Shown one piece after another: positions 58,029 through 64,000 of a stretch of DNA of 64,000 nucleotides. The notes under the pieces are model-generated. The model saw only the letters and a list, made by a program, of their open reading frames with translations, ran no database searches and was not told the DNA's origin. Positions within the stretch are counted from its first letter, which is position 1. Every line of letters starts with the position of its first letter. The DNA is from Gemmatimonadota bacterium (GTDB taxonomy: Bacteria > Gemmatimonadota > Gemmatimonadetes > Gemmatimonadales > JACORV01): positions 1,099-65,098 of the forward strand of contig JBGOSS010000006.1 of the NCBI GenBank assembly GCA_041476105.1. Direction: 5' to 3'. A program made the position numbers and the translations under genes.

Positions 58029-58358
58029 GTGGCCGAGAATCTCGAGCTGATGCAGGGCACGCTGGATCTCATCGTCCTCAAGGCCCTGGTCTGGGGTCCG
58101 CGCCACGGCTACGCCGTCGCGCGCTGGGTGGGGGAGACCACCGACGAGGACCTCCAGATCGAGGAGGGCGCGCTCTACACCGCCCTCCACCGCATGGAGA
58201 CGCGCGGGTGGCTGGAGGCCGAGTGGGGCCTCTCGGAGCACAACCGCAAGGCGAAGTTCTACCAGCTCACGCCGGTGGGCCGCCGCCAGCTGCGCGCCAG
58301 CACGGCGCGCTGGACCCGGTACGCGCAGGCCGTTTTCAAGGTCATCCAGACCGCCTGA
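58029..58358 (+). CDS. PadR-family transcriptional regulator
   Basis: [23 protein letters not shown]...[23 protein letters not shown]...[16 protein letters not shown], a canonical PadR winged helix. Confidence 0.9.
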   Translation: MAENLELMQGTLDLIVLKALVWGPRHGYAVARWVGETTDEDLQIEEGALYTALHRMETRGWLEAEWGLSEHNRKAKFYQLTPVGRRQLRASTARWTRYAQAVFKVIQTA

Positions 58359-58368
58359 GGGACGATCC

Positions 58369-61074
58369 ATGCCGCGATTCGAGGGATTGCGCCGGTTCTT
58401 CCGGCTCGACCGTGCCGCCGACGTCGAGCGGGCCGTCGGCGACGAGCTGGACTTCCACTTCGACTCCCGGGTGCGGGAGTTGGTGGAGCGGGGGATGTCG
58501 CCCGCCGAGGCGCGGCAGGAGGCCGAGCGCCGTTTCGGTGACCTGGAGCGCACCCGCGCGCGCCTGGAGGCCATCGATCGCGAGCGGGTCGGCGAGCGCA
58601 GCCGCGCCGAGTGGTGGGGCGGCTTTACCCAGGACTTGCGCTACGCGCTACGCGGCCTGCGTCTCAAGCCCGGCTTCACCCTGGGCGTGGTGCTCACCCT
58701 CGCCCTCGGCATCGGCGCCAACGCGACGATGTTCGGGATCGTGGACCGGCTGCTGCTGCGCGGCCCCGCGTACATGAACGACCCGGCGCGCGTGCACCGC
58801 GTCAATCTCATCCGGACGCTCCAGGGCGAGGAGCGGCCCGGCACCAACACCAGCTACCGGACCTATCTCGACCTGCTCGGATCGACCACGTCCTTCGACA
58901 ACCTCGCCGCGTTCTTTCTGCCAAAACTCCCCGTCGGCACCGGCGAGGAGGCGCGCGAGATGACGCTCGAGGTCGTCACCGGCAACTTCTGGCAGCTCTA
59001 CGATGCCCGGCCGGTCATCGGCCGCTTCTTCGGCCCCGACGAGGACCAGCTGCCGACCGGCACGCCCGTCGCGGTGCTGTCGTACGGCTACTGGCATTCA
59101 CGCTACGGCGCGCACAGCGACGTCCTGGGCCAGCGGATGCGCATCGGCACGCGGGACTTCACCATCATCGGCGTCGCCCCGCGGGGATTCAACGGGGCGG
59201 GGCTCGAGCAGCCGATCGCGTTCCTGCCACTCACCGCGGGCGCGGTCGAGATGGGCGGGCCGCCCGACCTGGGGACGACCTACAGCTGGCGCTGGCTCGA
59301 GATCTTCGCGCGACGTAAGCCGGGCGTCAGCGTCGCCGCCGCGACCGCGGATCTCACCCAGGCGTATCTCCGGAGCTACGCCTCGCAGGCGGAGCAACAG
59401 TCGGGCCTGACGCCGGCCGGCATCACCCACCCGCACGCCCTCGCCGCGCCGGTGCTGCGCGACCGCGGGCCCCGGCAGGGCGACGACTCGAAGGTCGCGA
59501 CGTGGCTGATCGGCGTCGCGGCGATCGTCCTCATCATCGCCTGCGCCAACGTGGGCAACCTGCTCCTGGCCCGCGCCTTCGGCCGGCGCCGCGAGATCGC
59601 GGTCCGGCTGGCGCTGGGGATCTCCCGCGGCCGGCTCCTGACGCAACTGCTCACCGAAAGCCTCCTCCTCGCCGCGGTCGGCGGCGCCCTGGGCGTCGTC
59701 GTGGCGCAGTGGGGCGGCAACGTGCTGCGGGCGATGCTGCTGCCCGACATGGAATGGACCGGCGCGCTCGCCGATCCCCGCGTCCTCCTGTTCGCGGCGC
59801 TGGCCACCCTGGTCGCCGGCCTGCTGACCGGCCTGGCGCCGGCGCTGCACGCCGGCCGCTCCGACGTCGCGGCCGCGCTCAAGACCGGGGTGCGCGAGGG
59901 CACCTATCACCGCTCGTTCACCCGCACCGCGCTGCTGGTCATCCAGGGCGCGCTGTCGGTCGTGCTGCTGGTCGGCGCGGGCCTGTTCGTCCGGAGCCTC
60001 CACAACGTCAAGACGATGCCGCTCGGCTACGACCGCACCCGCGTGCTCTACGTGAACCTGGACATGCGGGGCGAGTCGCTGAGCACCGCGGAGCAGGCGC
60101 TGCTGCGCGACCGGCTGCTGGAGCGGGCCCGCTCCACGCCGGGCGTCGAGCACGCCGCGCGCAACATGACGGTCCCGTTCTGGATGACGATGAACCAGCC
60201 GCTGTTCGTCGCCGGGATCGACTCGATGTCGCGCCTCGGCTCCTTCGATCTCCAGGCGGTGTCGCCCGGCTACTTCGAGACCATGGGGACGCGCATCCTG
60301 CGCGGGCGGCCGATCACCCCCGAGGACCGCGCCGGCGCGCACGTGATGGTGGTGAGCCAGTCCATGGCGCGGGTGACCTGGCCGGGAAAGGAGGCACTGG
60401 GCCAGTGCGTGAAGGTCGGCGCCGATACCATGCCGTGCAACACCGTGGTCGGGATCGCGGAGGACATCCACGCCGCGAGCCTCAAGGACGATCCCGGCCT
60501 GACCTACTACCTCGCCATGGCGCAGTGGCGGCCGCACCGCGGCGGGCTGTTCGTCCGCGCCCGGGGCGACGCGACGCAGCTGGTCGAGACGGTGCGCAGC
60601 CAGCTCCAGGGGCTGATGCCGGGGGCGTCGTACGTCACCGTCACGCCGCTCACCGAGGTCCTGGAGCCCGAGATGCGCTCCTTCGAGCTGGGCGCCATGA
60701 TGTTCACGATCTTCGGCGTGCTGGCGCTGGTCGTCGCGGCCATCGGGCTCTACAGCGTCGTGGCGTACAGCGTGGCCCAGCGCACCCACGAGCTCGGCGT
60801 GCGCGTCGCCCTGGGCGCGCAGACGCCCGACCTGATCGGGCTGGTGGTGGGAGAGGCGCTGCGCCTGGCCGCGATCGCGGCCGCGATCGGGACGGTGGGC
60901 GCGCTGGTGGCCGGCCGGTGGGTCGCGCCGCTGCTCTTCAATACCTCGCCGAAGGACCCATGGATCCTCGGCGGCGTGGCGTTGGGGCTGCTGGGGATCG
61001 CCGCGGCAGCCAGCCTGGCGCCGGCCCTGCGCGCCGCCCGGGTAGACCCCAACGTGGCCCTGCGGGCCGACTGA
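58369..61074 (+). CDS. Duplicated FtsX/MacB-type 'orphan' permease (ADOP-like), partner of PadR
   Basis: N-terminal cytoplasmic helix region, then a MacB periplasmic-domain pattern and two FtsX modules ([19 protein letters not shown]...; [19 protein letters not shown]...). No ATPase gene is adjacent. Confidence 0.85.
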   Translation: MPRFEGLRRFFRLDRAADVERAVGDELDFHFDSRVRELVERGMSPAEARQEAERRFGDLERTRARLEAIDRERVGERSRAEWWGGFTQDLRYALRGLRLKPGFTLGVVLTLALGIGANATMFGIVDRLLLRGPAYMNDPARVHRVNLIRTLQGEERPGTNTSYRTYLDLLGSTTSFDNLAAFFLPKLPVGTGEEAREMTLEVVTGNFWQLYDARPVIGRFFGPDEDQLPTGTPVAVLSYGYWHSRYGAHSDVLGQRMRIGTRDFTIIGVAPRGFNGAGLEQPIAFLPLTAGAVEMGGPPDLGTTYSWRWLEIFARRKPGVSVAAATADLTQAYLRSYASQAEQQSGLTPAGITHPHALAAPVLRDRGPRQGDDSKVATWLIGVAAIVLIIACANVGNLLLARAFGRRREIAVRLALGISRGRLLTQLLTESLLLAAVGGALGVVVAQWGGNVLRAMLLPDMEWTGALADPRVLLFAALATLVAGLLTGLAPALHAGRSDVAAALKTGVREGTYHRSFTRTALLVIQGALSVVLLVGAGLFVRSLHNVKTMPLGYDRTRVLYVNLDMRGESLSTAEQALLRDRLLERARSTPGVEHAARNMTVPFWMTMNQPLFVAGIDSMSRLGSFDLQAVSPGYFETMGTRILRGRPITPEDRAGAHVMVVSQSMARVTWPGKEALGQCVKVGADTMPCNTVVGIAEDIHAASLKDDPGLTYYLAMAQWRPHRGGLFVRARGDATQLVETVRSQLQGLMPGASYVTVTPLTEVLEPEMRSFELGAMMFTIFGVLALVVAAIGLYSVVAYSVAQRTHELGVRVALGAQTPDLIGLVVGEALRLAAIAAAIGTVGALVAGRWVAPLLFNTSPKDPWILGGVALGLLGIAAAASLAPALRAARVDPNVALRAD

Positions 61075-61102
61075 GGCCGGACCCCTGAACTTTCTTCAGT
61101 AC

Positions 61103-61825
61103 TTGCCGTTAGGCGTATTGGAGGCATCTTCTCCCCCCGTGACCGCGACACCGACCAGCACGCTGCGGGGCGCCCGCCCCCGCCTGATTCTCGCCGACGA
61201 CCACCGCATGGTGGTCGAGGGTCTCAGCACGTCGCTGGCGCACCGACATGAGATCGCCGGCGTCGCCTACGGCGGCGACGAGCTGCTGGCCCTGCTGCGG
61301 TCCAGCCCCGCCGACTGCCTCCTGCTCGACATCGAGATGTCGGGGCACAACGGTCTCCAGCTCATCCCCGCGATCCGGCGTCTGCAGCCCAGGCTCGCCA
61401 TTCTCGTCGTCACCATGCTCGTCGACCGCGGCCTGGCCGCCGCCGCGCTGAACGCCGGCGCGAGCGGGTTCGTGCCGAAGGACGCCCCGGTGTGCGAGCT
61501 GGAGCTGGCCATCGCCGAGGTGATCGCGGGGCGCCAGTACGTTTCGGACCGCGTCCCCAAGACCAGCCACCGGGTCGGTATCGACGCCCGGCACCGTGGC
61601 CTCCACCGGCTCACGCCGCGGCAGCAGCAGATCGTGCTCCTCCTGGGCGAGGGGCGGTCGGGCTCGAACATCGCGCGCGCCCTGCACGTCGGGCCGAGCA
61701 CCATCACCTTCCACAAGCACAACATCATGCGGATCCTGGGCATCGACGACGAGCCGGACCTGGTCCGGTACGCCGTCCTGGTGCGAGCCGGGACCACGTC
61801 TCAGGTCGTCCACGCCCGCTCGTGA
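61103..61825 (+). CDS. NarL/LuxR-family response regulator
   Basis: Receiver LILADDHRMVVEGL...CLLLDIEMSGHNG...FVPKD. HTH_LuxR LTPRQQQIVLLLGEGRSGSNIARALHVGPSTITFHKHNIMRILG. The start is uncertain (TTG 61103 or GTG 61139). No kinase gene is adjacent. Confidence 0.85.
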   Translation: MPLGVLEASSPPVTATPTSTLRGARPRLILADDHRMVVEGLSTSLAHRHEIAGVAYGGDELLALLRSSPADCLLLDIEMSGHNGLQLIPAIRRLQPRLAILVVTMLVDRGLAAAALNAGASGFVPKDAPVCELELAIAEVIAGRQYVSDRVPKTSHRVGIDARHRGLHRLTPRQQQIVLLLGEGRSGSNIARALHVGPSTITFHKHNIMRILGIDDEPDLVRYAVLVRAGTTSQVVHARS

Positions 61826-61912
61826 CAGCCCCGCGGCCCTGACGGTGCGCTGTATCCCCATCGAAAATGATTCAGGGTTTCGCCCGCCGCGCTGAGGGAG
61901 TCTATTCGCCCG

Positions 61913-63241
61913 ATGATCGCGCCACCCCTTCTCTGGCTGGCCACCATCAGCACCGCCATCGCGCCGCAGGGAGGGGCGGCGGCGGCCCCATCCCCCGTGC
62001 ACCTCGCGGCCCCGCCGCCGGCCGAGACGCCTGTCACCACCACGTGGATCGTGAAGGGTCCGCCGAACCGGCTGGTGCTCACCCGCAATCGCGAGACCAC
62101 GCTATCGGTGAAGGTGACCGGCGATCGTGCCCTTCATCACCTGCGGCTCGCCTTTGCCGTGCTCCAGGATGCGGGCACCAGCGCGCTGCTCCGACCGCCC
62201 TGGATCAAGTTGTGCCAGGTCGGCGTGGCGGTCTGCCGTCCACCGGGCACGATCGAGCCCAGGGCCTGGCAGCAGGTCGCGCTGCGTATCGACGACGACT
62301 TCACGACTCCCGGGACCTACACCGGCACGGTGTTCCTCACCGCCGATGAGGGTTCCGATACGCCATCGTTCGACCTGACGGTCCTGTCTTCGACCAACGC
62401 CCTCAAGTGGATTGGCACGCTCCTCATTCTCGCGGGCGTACTCTTCTCCGTCGGCATGATCGTGGTGGTGCGCCAGCGCCTGATGCGGGCGGAGGCTCTG
62501 TTGCCCGCCATGGCGTTGCGGGACGTGCTTCTCCGGCTGCGGGATACCATCACCAGGGCCCGGGGGACCACCGGGGCGCCGGCGGCGATGAAGGACAGCC
62601 TCGCGCGGCTGGATGAGCAGGCCGGGATGCTCACCGCGGCCTCGCTGGAGGCGAAGGGCTTCATACCCCGGAAGGTGCTGAGTCCCACGCGCCCGGCGGC
62701 CGATACCACCGCCGAGTACCGGCAGTTTCTCGAGGCGGCGGGCGTCACCGTGAGCGTGCTGAGCGTGGTCGTGGGGCGCGGGCTCACCGCGGCCGTGTCC
62801 CGCTGGGAGGAAAGCGACCAGAATCACGACGCGGTCGGGCTCGCCCTGGTGCAGCTCGACACGGCCGGTGCGAAGTCGGAGACGGTGCAGGCCGCCAGGG
62901 ACGAGGTCACCCGGATCATCACCGCCATCGACACGCACCCGGTGGTCGCGCGGGCGCTGGTGGCCAGCGGCAAGGTCCGGCGCCCGCCGGCCGAGCCGTC
63001 GGCGCGCGAGCTGAGCGTACACCTCCAGCGTCTCAGCGGCTTCGTGTGGATCCTCTGGGCGCTGCTCTCTTGCGGCGCCGGATGGGGTGCCCTGATCGCC
63101 CGCAACGACGCCTTCGGCACCGCCGTGGACCTCGTCGCCTGCTTCTTCTGGGGAGTGGGGGTGCAGGCCGCGGGGCAGGGGCTCCAGCAGGTCACGCCGT
63201 CATCGGTGGCGACGACGCTCCACATCGCCATGCCCACGTGA
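61913..63241 (+). CDS. Hypothetical membrane protein (N-terminal signal/anchor, Ig-like ectodomain, TM, helical cytoplasmic region, two C-terminal TM helices)
   Basis: PLLWLATISTAIA. Beta-rich segment TTWIVKGPP...TYTGTVFLTADEGS...FDLTVL. TM helix WIGTLLILAGVLFSVGMIVVV. C-terminal FVWILWALLSCGAGWGALI and VDLVACFFWGVGVQAAG. No family recognised. The start codon context is weak. Confidence 0.55.
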   Translation: MIAPPLLWLATISTAIAPQGGAAAAPSPVHLAAPPPAETPVTTTWIVKGPPNRLVLTRNRETTLSVKVTGDRALHHLRLAFAVLQDAGTSALLRPPWIKLCQVGVAVCRPPGTIEPRAWQQVALRIDDDFTTPGTYTGTVFLTADEGSDTPSFDLTVLSSTNALKWIGTLLILAGVLFSVGMIVVVRQRLMRAEALLPAMALRDVLLRLRDTITRARGTTGAPAAMKDSLARLDEQAGMLTAASLEAKGFIPRKVLSPTRPAADTTAEYRQFLEAAGVTVSVLSVVVGRGLTAAVSRWEESDQNHDAVGLALVQLDTAGAKSETVQAARDEVTRIITAIDTHPVVARALVASGKVRRPPAEPSARELSVHLQRLSGFVWILWALLSCGAGWGALIARNDAFGTAVDLVACFFWGVGVQAAGQGLQQVTPSSVATTLHIAMPT

Positions 63242-63278
63242 TGCGGCACTATCGTCTCGTCGGACGGGAAGGTGCCCC

Positions 63279-64000
63279 ATGGCCGAGCTGATCGCCTGTT
63301 CGCCTCGCTTCCTCAAGTCGGACCTCTGGGTGGCGGCCGCGAAAACGGCGACCAGGATCAACCCGATGAACCACCCGCCGATCGAGCGGCTCGCCGCCGT
63401 CATGCCGGGGTTTGTCCCCCAGCCGCTGCACATCGCCGTGCTGACGACGAAGTACTGGCACAACGGCGGCGTGACGCTGACCGTCGGCTTCCTCGACAAC
63501 CCGCCCTCCGATCTGCGCGCCCGGATCATCGACCACATGAACGCCTGGAGCCTGACCGCCCGGGTCCAGTTCACCGAGACGAAGACCGACCCGCAGGTCC
63601 GCATCGCCCGCCTGGGCGGCGACGACGGCGGCTATTGGTCGTACCTCGGCACCGACGTGCTGCATATCGAGCCCGACCAGCCCACGATGAACCTCGAGGC
63701 GTTCACGATGCAGACGCCGGAATCGGAGTTTCACCGCGTGGTACGCCACGAGACCGGCCACACCATGGGCTTCCCGCACGAGCACATGCGCGGGGAGCTG
63801 GTGGCGCAGATCGATCCCGCGAAGGCGATCGCCTGGTTCGGCGCGACCCAGGGGTGGTCGGAGGACATGGTGCGCCGGCAGGTGCTCACGCCGCTCGATC
63901 AGGGGTCGCTGTGGGGGACGGAGCACGCCGACCCCGACTCCATCATGTGCTACCAGATTCCGGGCACGCTCACCAGGAGCGGCCAGCCGATCGCGGGCGG
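63279..64000 (+). CDS. Astacin-like (M12A-type HExxHxxGxxHE) zinc metallopeptidase, no signal peptide; 3' end outside the window
   Basis: My own translation from ATG 63279 (open to the window end, so absent from the ORF track): ...FHRVVRHETGHTMGFPHEHMR... is the astacin zinc signature. Downstream DSIMCYQ is a candidate Met-turn. Confidence 0.75.
   Translation, partial: MAELIACSPRFLKSDLWVAAAKTATRINPMNHPPIERLAAVMPGFVPQPLHIAVLTTKYWHNGGVTLTVGFLDNPPSDLRARIIDHMNAWSLTARVQFTETKTDPQVRIARLGGDDGGYWSYLGTDVLHIEPDQPTMNLEAFTMQTPESEFHRVVRHETGHTMGFPHEHMRGELVAQIDPAKAIAWFGATQGWSEDMVRRQVLTPLDQGSLWGTEHADPDSIMCYQIPGTLTRSGQPIAG

Overview
High-GC (about 70% by eye) bacterial chromosomal segment. The gene content points to Gemmatimonadota or Acidobacteriota: PadR plus duplicated FtsX/ADOP-type permeases, several eukaryotic-like Ser/Thr kinases, and many lipoproteins. 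This taxon call is inference only. I support about 55 protein-coding genes. I saw no rRNA, tRNA, CRISPR array, transposase or integrase. Many long ORFs in the six-frame track are antisense or out-of-frame shadows of real genes, as expected at this GC content, and were discarded. Neighbouring genes are often translationally coupled through GTGA, TGATG or TAATG overlaps.

Gene content:
- **Signalling:** a His-Asp signalling cassette ending in a Ser/Thr kinase (142-4570), two further Ser/Thr kinases, a LytS/LytTR pair and an orphan NarL-type regulator.
- **Lipid and headgroup hydrolases:** ceramidase, PI-PLC-like, HKD phospholipase D-like and NAPE-PLD-like MBL.
- **Secreted or envelope proteins:** a secreted S8 protease with eight tandem PKD domains, and two MacB/FtsX-type transporter sets.
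- **Metabolism:** a split TPP decarboxylase plus cyclase cassette.
- **Toxin-antitoxin remnant:** an orphan Phd/YefM antitoxin with a 13-codon VapC stub.

Best candidate for an undescribed system: the same-strand cassette at 51259-55330. It encodes a secreted unknown protein, a signal-less trypsin-fold protease, a 79-aa mini-protein resembling the protease N-terminus, and a signal-less GH25 muramidase fused to a coiled-coil/4-TM tail. I read it as a possible protease-gated lysis or abortive-infection-like module. This is a hypothesis, not a database match.

A second non-coding signal is a 105-nt four-hairpin element present twice (13297-13401 and 57791-57895). All substitutions between the two copies fall outside the stems.

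All family names come from motif recognition by eye. No searches or computations were run.
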